Shown: positions 9,482 to 19,481 of the stretch, one piece after another
Layout: each line of letters starts with the position of its first letter
Position numbering within the stretch: the first letter of the stretch is position 1
NCBI GenBank assembly: GCA_965218295.1
Contig: CBDCKN010000015.1
Coordinates: forward strand, 256,001-320,000
Source: Longimicrobiales bacterium
GTDB taxonomy: Bacteria; Gemmatimonadota; Gemmatimonadetes; Longimicrobiales; Gaopeijiaceae
Length of the DNA: 64,000 nucleotides
Direction: 5' to 3'
Translations under genes and position numbers: made by a program
Notes under the pieces: generated by a model
Database searches by the model: none
Seen by the model: the letters and a program-made list of their open reading frames with translations, nothing else
What the model was told of the DNA's origin: nothing

Positions 9482-10876
9482 GTGGCCGATTCCTTTGCGC
9501 GCATTCTGAACATCAAGAAGGAGGAGCTGCCGCTCGCCCTCCTGTCGGTAGTCTTCTTCTTCTGCGTGCTGTGCGGTTACTACTTTCTCCGCCCTGTGCG
9601 AGACGCCATGGGGGTGTCGCGGGGCATGGGCGAGCTCCGTTGGCTCTTCCTGGGAACGTCCGGGGTGTCCCTCGTGCTGGTGCTCGCATTCGGGGGGGTC
9701 GTGGCGAGGATGAACCGCCGGCGCTTCATCCCGGTGGCCTACCTCTTCGTGATCCTGTGCCTGTTCGTGTTCTCGGGGATGCTCATCGCGGATGCCCGCG
9801 CCGGGGGTGGGCTCATCGGGACCGATGCCGAGACCTCCGTGGCCCGGGTGGTCGGCTACGTCTTCTTCGTCTGGCTCAGCGCCATCAACCTGTTCGTGAC
9901 GAGCGTCTTCTGGGCCTTCATGGTCGACATCTTCGACATCGACCAGGGCAAGAGGCTGTTCGCCTTCGTCGGCATCGGCGGTACCCTCGGAGCCCTCGTC
10001 GGCGGCTCGGTGACGAATGCCGTCAGTGGGATGACCGAGTCAGTCTATCTACCTGCGGGCCTCATGCTGACCGGCGTGACTCTCTTCGGGGCCGCCATCG
10101 TCGTCATGCTCGTGCTGGACCGCCTCGCCCTCGCCTCCGAGGACTCTCGACTCACGGTAGAGGGCGCAGCGGCGTCGCTGACCGAGGGTCAGGCTCTGTC
10201 TCGTGAGGAGATCGGGGGGACATTCTGGGAGGGGGCGAAAGCCGTCGCGACTTCGCCGTACCTGCTGGGGATCGGCGCGTACATCGTGCTAATGGCGATC
10301 TCGAATACGCTGATCTACTTCACGCAGGCCAACATCATTCTGGAGAACACGGACACGTTCAGCCAGAGAGTGTCGGGGTTCGCGCAGTTCGACATGCTGG
10401 CTTCGATCGCCACGCTGCTCACCCAGATCTTCGTGACGACGCGGGTGATCAAGCGCATTGGAGTCGGCTGGACACTCGCCATCCTCCCACTCGTGACCAT
10501 GGCCGGCTTCGCCATCCTCTCCATTTGGACCCTCTACGGGGTGATGGCAATCTTCCAGGCCGTTCACCGCGCGACTCGCTACGCGATGTCCAGGCCCGCC
10601 CGGGAGACCCTGTTCAGCGTGGTCTCGCCCTCGGAGAAGTACAAGGCGAAGCCGGTGGTGGACGTCTTCCTCTATCGCGCCGGGGACGTGGCCGGGGTGG
10701 GCGTGGACGGGCTATTCGTGGCGATGGGGATGACGCTCGCGTGGGTTGCGGCGGCCACGGTGCCGTTGGCGGGTATGTGGACTATGCTCAGTGTCGCTCT
10801 GGGGCGGGCGCAGCAGCGGAGGGCTCAGACCGACGAAGTGGCCGAGGCGCAGCCTGAGCCGTCGGTGGTCGGATAA
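9482..10876 (+). CDS. NTP/NDP-exchange (TLC/COG3202-like) MFS transporter
   Basis: About 12 TM helices; YYFLRPVRD, FWAFMVDIF..QGKRLF, KYKAKPVVD motifs. Confidence 0.8.
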   Translation: MADSFARILNIKKEELPLALLSVVFFFCVLCGYYFLRPVRDAMGVSRGMGELRWLFLGTSGVSLVLVLAFGGVVARMNRRRFIPVAYLFVILCLFVFSGMLIADARAGGGLIGTDAETSVARVVGYVFFVWLSAINLFVTSVFWAFMVDIFDIDQGKRLFAFVGIGGTLGALVGGSVTNAVSGMTESVYLPAGLMLTGVTLFGAAIVVMLVLDRLALASEDSRLTVEGAAASLTEGQALSREEIGGTFWEGAKAVATSPYLLGIGAYIVLMAISNTLIYFTQANIILENTDTFSQRVSGFAQFDMLASIATLLTQIFVTTRVIKRIGVGWTLAILPLVTMAGFAILSIWTLYGVMAIFQAVHRATRYAMSRPARETLFSVVSPSEKYKAKPVVDVFLYRAGDVAGVGVDGLFVAMGMTLAWVAAATVPLAGMWTMLSVALGRAQQRRAQTDEVAEAQPEPSVVG

Positions 10877-10921
10877 GGCCCGGCGCACGAGGGACCAGCC
10901 GCCGCGATGGGGGGGTGACGG

Positions 10922-12707
10922 CTAGAAGCCTCCGCCGCCTCCGCCCCCACCTCCGCTAAAGCCGCCCCCGCCGCCGAATCCCGAGCCGCCGCTGCTCCGC
11001 GGCTGGGAGGTCATGGCACTCCCCAACCGCCCGGTCATGCTCCCCAGGTCCGAGACGAAGATGGTGGGCCGGAAATGATGCCCGGCCGGGCCGGAGTACC
11101 AGTCGGGGGGCTCCCTGTACATGTCCTCGAACGCTCGGGCCCACTTCTTCTCCACCTGCAGGGCCATGGCGTGGGGCAGATACCGCTCGAACATCTCGGG
11201 TGAGTCTATCATGCGGCGAAAGTGGTCCGCCTCGACCCGATCGAGAAACTCCTGGAATCCGAGGATGTGCTCGAGCTTCCGGGTTCCCTTCACTGTTCGG
11301 GCGGGCATGACGAGACCGAAGCCGATGACGGGAATGGCGCTCAAGATGGCCGCAACCACGCTGGCTCCGAGGGAAACGGAGAGGGCGTCGCCGAAGAACC
11401 TCAACCCCATCAAGAGGACCACTATGAGGGCGATGCCGCCGCCCACGTATGCTCTCGAGACGTGGTCGGGACGGCGGTGGTAGAATCCGAGAGCCATGAG
11501 CCGCGAGTAAAGCCCGTCCTTGATCTTGTCCAAGTGCTTGTAGAAGTCGTTCTCCAGGTCGTCGAGGTCGACGGCCTTGAGGTATCCTCCGTTGAACAGG
11601 CCGCTCAAGAGAGAGCGCTCGTGCGGTTGCAGCTCCGCCCACTCATCGAGCTCCTTGAGAAGCTGGAACGAGTAGGACGTGCCCTTGAACATGGCCACGA
11701 GACCGGTCCGCTCGTGCTCCTCGATCTTGATGTAACCGCGGACGGCCAGGTCGACCATGGAGGCGGTGACATCCCGCATGTCCGGACTGTTGTCGATGAG
11801 CGTGCCCATCTCGGCGGGCGTGAGGCCCTCGGGTGGCTTGTACTGGGGCGCGATGGGCCGGCGCGCCGGATCACGTCCGCGAGTGCGCCAGAGATGGAGC
11901 ATCAAGACGGAGCTCACGACGGGCAGGAGGAAGATCCAATTGGCCCCAAAAAACCGGATCACCTCCTGGGACACCGTGGGTCGCGCGATGACGCCCGGAT
12001 CCCAGGCCAGGGAGACGGTCATCCCCTCCCGCATACCCAATGGGCTCGTCGTCTCAAAATAGAATCCAGATTCTATTTCCCTGACCCGGGCGTTCGACGC
12101 CATCGAGCCGAAGCCACCCGTATTAGACGCGGGCTCTGAGGCCGGTCACTTGCGGTGGGACCACGATCCGAGCGCTGGCGGCCCGGATGGGAATCTCCCA
12201 CTCGTCACCCGTCACGTTCCAGTAGAGCTCGTCGTGGCCGGCTTCGAACTCGCTCTCGTCGGCGTCGATGAAGCGGAGCGCGTTCGGCGACGAGTATTGG
12301 ATGGTGACCGTCCGGATGGCGTTGTTGGCGCCGGGCACCCAGATCTTGATCCTTTTGTAGTGGCTCTTCCGGCTCTCCTCGTATCGGAGGGCCGTTCCGT
12401 CCTCGGCCGTGACGGAGCGTACGTCCAGCTCGAGTCGGAGATTGAAGCCGCTGGGCGTCCTGTAGACCACGGGGATATCCCGGTACACCCCGTTCCATGA
12501 TCCCGTGAATCGGAATCGGATCGCCTCGGAAACGTGGACCCGTCCGCTCTCCGCCACGGTGATGTCTGCGTCGAAGCGCTCGATCTCGAGCTGCTTCGAT
12601 TGGGCGGAGAGTGGGCCGCCGCCCGCCGTCAGCGCGACCACGGCCGCCAGGGTGGCTCCCAGGCGCCGCCCGAGGGTTCGCATCACGATCGCGTCCGGAC
12701 GTATCAC
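10922..12707 (-). pseudogene. DUF2207 membrane protein, frameshifted at about 12123
   Basis: Two consecutive ORFs (12123-12707 with LYWNVTGDEW; 10922-12103 with Gly-rich tail); removing one A in GTCTA(A)TACG gives continuous RARVYTGGFGSMAS. Confidence 0.8.
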
Positions 12708-13261
12708 TCGGCGTCGTCGTCGGTGAACTTCACCTGAGGCACGGCCTTTTCGGCTTCCGGGATCTCGAAGAACTCCCGCTCCACGAAGTTGAAGCTCTTG
12801 GCGACCAGGTTCGACGGCACCGAGTGGATCTTCGTGTTGTAGTCCCGGACCACGGCATTGTAGTAACGACGGGCGTTCTGAACGGAGTCCTCCAGGTCTG
12901 CCAGGGTACCCTGAAGGTCCTGGAAGCCTCCGGCGGCCTTCAGGTCCGGATACGCCTCGGTCAGAGCGAACAGCGACTTGAGGGCTCCCGCCAGCACGCC
13001 CTCGGCCTGTCCCTTCTGCGCTGGTCCCTGGGCGGACATGGCGGAGGATCGAGCCTGCACCACCGCCTCCAGGGTCTTCTGCTCATGGGCCGCATAGCCC
13101 TTCACGGTCTCCATGACGTTGGGGATCAGGTCGTATCTGCGCTTGAGCTGGACGTCGATGTCCGCCCAAGCCGCCTCCGCCTGCTCTCTGAGCTTCACGA
13201 GGGAGTTATAAAGCCCGACGCCACCGAGAACGACGGCGACAACTACGATCAAATCCCACAT
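12704..13261 (-). CDS. lemA: LemA family protein
   Basis: YNSLV..WADIDVQLKRRYDLIPN, EAYPDLKA, ARRYYN. Confidence 0.95.
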   Translation of the reverse strand: MWDLIVVVAVVLGGVGLYNSLVKLREQAEAAWADIDVQLKRRYDLIPNVMETVKGYAAHEQKTLEAVVQARSSAMSAQGPAQKGQAEGVLAGALKSLFALTEAYPDLKAAGGFQDLQGTLADLEDSVQNARRYYNAVVRDYNTKIHSVPSNLVAKSFNFVEREFFEIPEAEKAVPQVKFTDDDAE

Positions 13262-13531
13262 TTGACCCTCCTACCCGACGAGTGAGGGGACAGGCGGAAT
13301 CTGTACCAGAATAGGTCCCGGCTCCTCCAACTGCAAAGGAATACGTCTGCCGCTCGACTCTTCTTCTGAGAGCTTCCGGAGAGGGTTTACCTGCCCATGC
13401 GCCCCGTCTAACTTCCAAAGCCATTCCCCGGGGTCGGTCCAGGGGGCCGGAACCGGTGTGTAATCCTGCTAAGCCTGCCCGCGCGCGTGTTCAGTCGGCG
13501 ATCGGGCTCGTTCTTTGAAGGAGAGTAGGGC

Positions 13532-14935
13532 GTGTCAGAGAAGAACTTCGACGTTCTCATCATCGGTGGGGGCCCCGGCGGTTACGTAGCGGCCATACGG
13601 GCGGCTCAGTTGGGGCTGAGCACGGCGTGCGTCGAGGAGGACGAGCTCGGGGGGGTGTGCCTGAACATCGGCTGTATTCCCACCAAGGCCCTCCTCACCA
13701 GTGCCGCGCTCGCGAACGAGCTGAAGACGGCGGCTTCCCATGGCATCACCTTCGACGAGGTGAAGACCGACCTGGGTCCGGCACAGGAGCGCAGCAAGGC
13801 CATCGCCGGGCAGCTGGCCAAGGGTGTGGGACACCTGTTCAAGAAGAACAAGGTGACCCACCTGGAGGGCCGAGGCCGGCTTCTGGGCGAGGGCAAGGTC
13901 GAAGTGGAGGCCGCCGACGGCTCCAAGGAGTCCTACTCGGCCGCACACATCATTCTCGCGACCGGATCACGGCCGAGGGACATCCCCGTTCTACCCATCG
14001 ACGAGGAGCGCGTATGGTCGTCCACAGGCGCCCTCCTTCAGACGGAGGCTCCGGAGACGCTGGCTGTCGTCGGCGCCGGCGCGGTGGGCATGGAGTTCGC
14101 TGACGTCTTCGAGGCCTTCGGCACCAAGGTCACGGTCATCGAGGCGTTGGATCGCATCCTCCCGCTGGAGGACAAGGACTCTTCGGCCGCCGTGGAGCGC
14201 AGCTTCAAGAAGCGTGGCGTGGAATTCTTCACCGGAGCCATGGTGGAGGGCGCCGAGATCGGCGAGAGGTCGGTACTCTTGACCTTCAAGGACAACAAGG
14301 GCGCCGAGCAGACCCTGGCCGTGCAGAACGCCCTCTCGGCGGTGGGTCGCGTGCCGAACACCTCGGACCTCGGTCTCGAGGTGGCCGGTGTCGAGCTCGA
14401 CGAGGGGGGGTTCTTCGCGGTGGATGACCTGATGCGGACCAACGTCCCCGGCGTCTATGCGCTGGGCGACTGCGCCGGAAATCAGCTCCTGGCGCACAAG
14501 GCCATGCACGAGGGAGTGATCTGTGTCGAGGCCATCGCCGGCCAGGGACACGGGTCCGTGGATTATCGGAACGTCCCCAACTGCACGTACTGCCATCCGG
14601 AGGTGGCCTCCGTCGGCCTCACGGAGGAGGAGGCTCTCGACGAGGGACACGAGATCGAAGTGGGCAAGTTCCCGTGGGTCGGCAACGGACGCGCCATCAC
14701 CGCGGGGCACACAGAGGGCTTCGTGAAGGTGATCCGAGACAAGAAGTACTCGGAGATCCTGGGCGCCCACATCGTGGGTCCCCAAGCGACGGAGCTCATC
14801 GGAGAGTTCGTCGTCGGGCGTCACCTGGAATCCACCGTCGACGAGATGGACCGGGCTATGCACCCCCACCCGACCCTCTCCGAGGCCATTGCAGAGGGGG
14901 CACTGGCGGCTCTAGGCCGGCCGATCCACATCTAG
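13532..14935 (+). CDS. lpdA: Dihydrolipoamide dehydrogenase (E3)
   Basis: GGGPGG, GGVCLNIGCIPTK, HPHPTLSE. Confidence 0.96.
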   Translation: MSEKNFDVLIIGGGPGGYVAAIRAAQLGLSTACVEEDELGGVCLNIGCIPTKALLTSAALANELKTAASHGITFDEVKTDLGPAQERSKAIAGQLAKGVGHLFKKNKVTHLEGRGRLLGEGKVEVEAADGSKESYSAAHIILATGSRPRDIPVLPIDEERVWSSTGALLQTEAPETLAVVGAGAVGMEFADVFEAFGTKVTVIEALDRILPLEDKDSSAAVERSFKKRGVEFFTGAMVEGAEIGERSVLLTFKDNKGAEQTLAVQNALSAVGRVPNTSDLGLEVAGVELDEGGFFAVDDLMRTNVPGVYALGDCAGNQLLAHKAMHEGVICVEAIAGQGHGSVDYRNVPNCTYCHPEVASVGLTEEEALDEGHEIEVGKFPWVGNGRAITAGHTEGFVKVIRDKKYSEILGAHIVGPQATELIGEFVVGRHLESTVDEMDRAMHPHPTLSEAIAEGALAALGRPIHI

Positions 14936-15009
14936 AGGCCTCTAGCGCCGCTCCGGTGGAGAAGGAGGTACGCAGGTGCCAGGTAACGCCGGAGCACTAG
15001 ACCAGGCTC

Positions 15010-16248
15010 CTAGACCAGCTCGACCCCTCCCTCGGACAGCGCGGACTCCATGCCGCGGAGCTGCATGATCCGCACGAGGGCTTCGCCCATCTTGCTGTTC
15101 GGTGTCGACGCGCCTGCCGTCATTCCCAGCTCGAAGGGCCCGTCCGGCAGCCAGTCCGTCTCCACCCGCTCAGGGGTGTCGCCACCCAGGTCCGGCTTGT
15201 GGCGTATGGTGCCTTCCTCTACGTCGATGCATGCCGCGTCCTCGATGTGATAGGTCGCGGTGAACTTCCTGCACAGGTGCGCCAGGTGATCGGTGTTGGA
15301 GGAGTTGTAGCCGCCGATGACGATCATAACGTCGGGTGGCCGGTCCTCCATCATCATCTCGATGGCATCCTGCCGCTCCTGCGTCGCTGAGCAGATCGTC
15401 CCGAAGGAGCGGAAGTTCTCCTGGGTGTACGCCTCCCCGAGCCCCTCGACCATCGCCTCCCGGACCCTGACGCCGATGGCCAGCGACTCGTTGGCGAGCA
15501 TTGTCGTCTGGTTCGCGACTCCGATCTTGCTGAGGTCCACGTCCGGATCGAAGCCGTCGGAGGTCTTCTCGCGGAAGTGCTCCATGAAGCCGGCCCCGGA
15601 CAGGCGCTGCGGACGACCGGCGATGTAGTCGCAGAGGATCTCCGCCTCGTCCATGTCTCGGACGATGATGTACCTGCCGCCCTCGGGCTTCCGGACCTGC
15701 GAGGCCGTGGCCCTTGTTTCTTCGTGGTAGTGCTTGCCGTGGATCACGGCCGTGAACCCGTCCCGCGCGTAGCTCTCGACTCGCTTCCACACCAGCAGCA
15801 CCGATCCGCACGTGGTGTCGACGAGGATGCACCCGATGTCCTTCAGAGTGCTGAAGTCACTCAGGGTCACGCCGAAGGCCGGCATGATCGCGACGTCCGG
15901 GGCAGTCACATGCGAGAAGTCGAAGGCCCCGGTGTCGTCGGGTTGGATGAACTCCATGCCCATGTCACGGATCCGCTGGTTCACGTGCGGGTTGTGGATG
16001 ATCTCCCCGACCAGATAGATGCGCCTGTCCGGGAACTTGTGACGGGTCTCGTAGGCGTAGTCGACGGCCCGGTCGACTCCGTAGCAGAAGCCGAACTCCT
16101 CGGCCAGACGGACCGTCACATCTCCCAATACCTGCTCGTGCCCCTGGCTGCGGATGCTCTGTACCAGTGCCGAGTGGTACTCGGAGTCGATGAGGGGCTG
16201 AACCTCGGACTTGAGGCCGAACCCCTTACGAAAATACGTCTCTTCCAT
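15010..16248 (-). CDS. ispH: 4-hydroxy-3-methylbut-2-enyl diphosphate reductase
   Basis: GFCYGVDRAV, IIHNP, DTTC, TICSATQERQ, SSNT, TAGASTP; GGAGG RBS before ATG 16248. Confidence 0.93.
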   Translation of the reverse strand: MEETYFRKGFGLKSEVQPLIDSEYHSALVQSIRSQGHEQVLGDVTVRLAEEFGFCYGVDRAVDYAYETRHKFPDRRIYLVGEIIHNPHVNQRIRDMGMEFIQPDDTGAFDFSHVTAPDVAIMPAFGVTLSDFSTLKDIGCILVDTTCGSVLLVWKRVESYARDGFTAVIHGKHYHEETRATASQVRKPEGGRYIIVRDMDEAEILCDYIAGRPQRLSGAGFMEHFREKTSDGFDPDVDLSKIGVANQTTMLANESLAIGVRVREAMVEGLGEAYTQENFRSFGTICSATQERQDAIEMMMEDRPPDVMIVIGGYNSSNTDHLAHLCRKFTATYHIEDAACIDVEEGTIRHKPDLGGDTPERVETDWLPDGPFELGMTAGASTPNSKMGEALVRIMQLRGMESALSEGGVELV

Positions 16249-16490
16249 GAGCCTCCAACCGCGGGAGCGCCGGCGGGAGCATCGCGGCGCGCCCCCCATG
16301 CCTCAAAGCTAATCGTCCAGGCGATTCAAGCGAAGAAAGGCGCCCTCGATCGGTCTGCGCACCCTCCACGAGCCTCCGCCCTCGCGGATGTAGTGTCCCG
16401 TTGCCAAAGTGTCTCGGCCAGTCGAGGGCACGGTGCATCCGAAACGGAACACTCGGATCCAGCGCGGAGGACGCGGTGTAGGCACCGGTC

Positions 16491-16958
16491 ATGAGCGTTC
16501 TGGCCAGACTCGCACTCCTGTTCGTCATCGTCCCGCTGCTCGAGCTCGCTCTTTTGATAGAGATCGGGCAGGTGGTGGGGTTTCTACCCACGATGGCGCT
16601 CGTGGTGCTCACCGGAGTCACGGGCGCCTGGCTGGCCCGTCTAGAGGGCCTCAAGACCCTGTGGAAGCTCCGCGACGATCTCGCCCGGGGGCAGCTGCCC
16701 GGTCAGGCGATCATGGACGGAATGAGCATCCTCGTGGGTGGCGCGCTTCTCCTCACTCCCGGTATCCTCACCGACCTCGTCGGATTCAGCCTTCTCCTGC
16801 CCCCCACGCGCCACGCCATTCAACGCCACGTGAGAGAGCGCCTGGAGCGAGGCATCCAGGACGGCGCCATTGAGATGACGGTCCTGGGCAGTCGGAGCTG
16901 GGCGACCGGTCCGCCGGAGGGCTCCCCCTTGGAGGACTCGGGGGACGAGTTGAACTGA
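16491..16958 (+). CDS. fxsA: FxsA family membrane protein
   Basis: PLLELALL..G, LLLTPGILTDLVG..LLLPPTR. Confidence 0.9.
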   Translation: MSVLARLALLFVIVPLLELALLIEIGQVVGFLPTMALVVLTGVTGAWLARLEGLKTLWKLRDDLARGQLPGQAIMDGMSILVGGALLLTPGILTDLVGFSLLLPPTRHAIQRHVRERLERGIQDGAIEMTVLGSRSWATGPPEGSPLEDSGDELN

Positions 16959-17054
16959 ACGGAACACTCGAACCCAGGAGGCTGTCCGAGTACTGGGGTG
17001 CGGCTCTGCACTTTACCCCTTGAGCGGGATCCCCGGTTCGGTAGTTTCCGACTC

Positions 17055-18125
17055 ATGAACCAGCCCACAGCCTTCCTCGAGAGCCTCCTCGATGCGCCGG
17101 GGCCCTCGGGATTCGAGGTCCGCCCCGCCCGTGTATGGCGCGCAGAGGCCGAGACCTTCGCGGACTCGGTGACGACCGACGTGAGCGGGAACACCTTCGC
17201 CCTGGTGAACCCGGACGGCAGGCCGCGCGTCATGATGGCGGGCCATATCGACGAGATAGGGCTCCAGGCTACGCACATCGACGAGGACGGCTTCCTCTAC
17301 GTCGACGGCATCGGCGGATGGGATCCCCAAGTGCTGGTGGGCCAACGGGTCCGGATACTGGGAAGGTCGGGTGATGTGCAGGGAGTCGTGGGCAAGAAGG
17401 CCATCCACCTCATCAAGGACGAGGAGCGCACGAAGGCGTCGGAGATCAGGCGACTGTGGGTCGACGTCGGGGTGTCGTCGGCCGAAGAGGCCGGTGCGCT
17501 GGGGCTGCGGGTGGGCGATCCCCTGGTGATCGACGCCCAGATGGTTCGCCTGGCCGGGGATCGTGTGGCGAGTCGTGCCATCGACAACCGAATCGGGGCG
17601 TTCGTGGTGCTCGAGGCGCTTCGACTCCTCTCGGAGTCGTCTCCCACAGCGTCGGTGGTGGCCGTTGCAACGGTGCAGGAGGAGATCGGCGGCGGTGGGG
17701 GGGGAGGGGCCCGAAGCAGCGCCTTCGCGCTCGAGCCTGACGTGGCGCTGGTGGTGGACGTGACGTTCAGCACCGACGTCCCGGACATCGAGAAGAAGGA
17801 GCTGGGGGAGCACCGCCTCGGTGGAGGTCCCGTGCTCAGCCGGGGATCGGCTGCCCACCCCGTAGTGTTCGATCGCCTCGTGGAGGTCGCCGAGGCCGAG
17901 GGCATTGCACACACCATCCAAGCGGCGCCCAAGGCGACGCGCACGGATGCGGACTCCATCTATCTGAGTCGGGGTGGGGTCCCGACGGGTCTCGTGTCCG
18001 TACCGAACCGCTACATGCACTCGCCCAACGAGATCGTGAGTCTCGCGGACCTCGAGAGCACGGCTCGCCTCCTGGCGGCCTTCGTCCAGGGTCTCCAGGA
18101 GGACACGGACTTCACTCCGCGTTAG
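17055..18125 (+). CDS. M42 family aminopeptidase
   Basis: PSGFE, GHIDEIG, IDNRIG, QEEIG, VDVT, RYMHSPNE. Confidence 0.92.
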   Translation: MNQPTAFLESLLDAPGPSGFEVRPARVWRAEAETFADSVTTDVSGNTFALVNPDGRPRVMMAGHIDEIGLQATHIDEDGFLYVDGIGGWDPQVLVGQRVRILGRSGDVQGVVGKKAIHLIKDEERTKASEIRRLWVDVGVSSAEEAGALGLRVGDPLVIDAQMVRLAGDRVASRAIDNRIGAFVVLEALRLLSESSPTASVVAVATVQEEIGGGGGGGARSSAFALEPDVALVVDVTFSTDVPDIEKKELGEHRLGGGPVLSRGSAAHPVVFDRLVEVAEAEGIAHTIQAAPKATRTDADSIYLSRGGVPTGLVSVPNRYMHSPNEIVSLADLESTARLLAAFVQGLQEDTDFTPR

Positions 18126-18225
18126 CGGCTTGACCCTGGGAGGGCTCTCTTCTACCCTTTCGGGTTCGGCAAGGCCGCTGAAGCTGGGGATTTTCCCCAC
18201 TTTCACAGAACTGGAACTGATCCGC

Positions 18226-18696
18226 ATGTTAGAAGTCAACGAATTGGTGAGCGAGCTGCAGACCCTGAGGGACGACGGATTCCTCTCGGATGCGCTGCTC
18301 CGCCATGCCGTGAAGGGCATCAGCTCGTCCGATGACCGATTCGACTGGGTGGGCGTATATCTCCTCAACGCCGACGAGAACGTGCTCTGGTTGCACAACT
18401 ACGTGGGAAAGGCGACCACCCACGCCAAGATTCCGGTGGGCGAGGGTGTGTGTGGCACTGCGGTCGCCCGCGGCGAGAACATCAACGTCCCCGACGTGAG
18501 CGCGGTGGACAACTACCTCGCGTGTGACCCAAGGGTGAAGTCGGAGATGATCGTGCTCATTCGCGCCGGCGACGACATCTTCGGGGAGATCGACCTCGAC
18601 AGCAGGACTGCCGCGGCGTTCACTGATGACGATGACCTGGCCATACAGTCGGTGGCAGATAAGCTGGCCGAGCAGTTGGTGGCGGAGCGCCGCTGA
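18226..18696 (+). CDS. msrC: GAF-domain protein, probable free methionine-R-sulfoxide reductase
   Basis: WVGVY, GEGVCGTA, NYLACD..SE, EIDLDS. Confidence 0.7.
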   Translation: MLEVNELVSELQTLRDDGFLSDALLRHAVKGISSSDDRFDWVGVYLLNADENVLWLHNYVGKATTHAKIPVGEGVCGTAVARGENINVPDVSAVDNYLACDPRVKSEMIVLIRAGDDIFGEIDLDSRTAAAFTDDDDLAIQSVADKLAEQLVAERR

Positions 18697-18706
18697 CGCT
18701 CGCCAG

Positions 18707-19432
18707 GTGAGGCCCCGCTGCATCGTAGCTGACAATCCGGGCCCGTTCACGCTCGACGGGACCCGGACGTACCTGGTAGGTCATAGACGGGTGGCCATAA
18801 TCGATCCCGGTCCGGACGTGGAGAGCCACGTGCGGGCCGTCGCGCATGCCGTGGCGGAGGCCGAGGACGTCTGGGTACTCCTCACTCACGGCCACGCCGA
18901 TCACGCCGGCGGGGCGGAGGCGGTAGCTGGTGCGGTGGGGGCGGATATCCTGGGCGTGGGAATATCGGCCGCCAGGGCGCTCGGTGACTCTGAGACAGTG
19001 GAGACGGACCAAGGTCGTCTCGTGAGCGTCGAAACCCCCGGCCACAGCCGAGAACACGTGGCGTTCCACTGGCTCGAGGCCAGCGCGGGCTTTCCCGGGG
19101 ACCTCGTCCTGGGCCGTGGCGAGACCACATGGGTCGGCGAGTACGAGGGATGCGTCGCCGACTACCTGGATTCACTCGAGCGGCTTCGCGCCCTGCGGTG
19201 CAGCGTGCTCTACCCGGCCCACGGACCCCCCGTGGAGGATCCGGACAGGACGCTGGACGCCTTCGATGCACACCGTCGCGAGAGGATCCGGCAAGTGCAG
19301 GAGACTCTGGCGGTGCGTCCCGAGGCCACCACGAACGAGCTGGTGGCGGAAGTGTACGGAACCACGATCCCCGAGGGTCTCGAGGCCGCGGCGGGGAAGA
19401 GCGTGGAGGCCATTCGGCACTTCCTGGTGTAG
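18707..19432 (+). CDS. MBL-fold metallo-hydrolase
   Basis: NPGPFTLDGT, THGHADH, TPGH, PAHG. Confidence 0.88.
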   Translation: MRPRCIVADNPGPFTLDGTRTYLVGHRRVAIIDPGPDVESHVRAVAHAVAEAEDVWVLLTHGHADHAGGAEAVAGAVGADILGVGISAARALGDSETVETDQGRLVSVETPGHSREHVAFHWLEASAGFPGDLVLGRGETTWVGEYEGCVADYLDSLERLRALRCSVLYPAHGPPVEDPDRTLDAFDAHRRERIRQVQETLAVRPEATTNELVAEVYGTTIPEGLEAAAGKSVEAIRHFLV

Positions 19433-19481
19433 CTACCGGATTTCCGCAGCAGTACACTGGTACCCTGAGAAGGGAGCCCCC

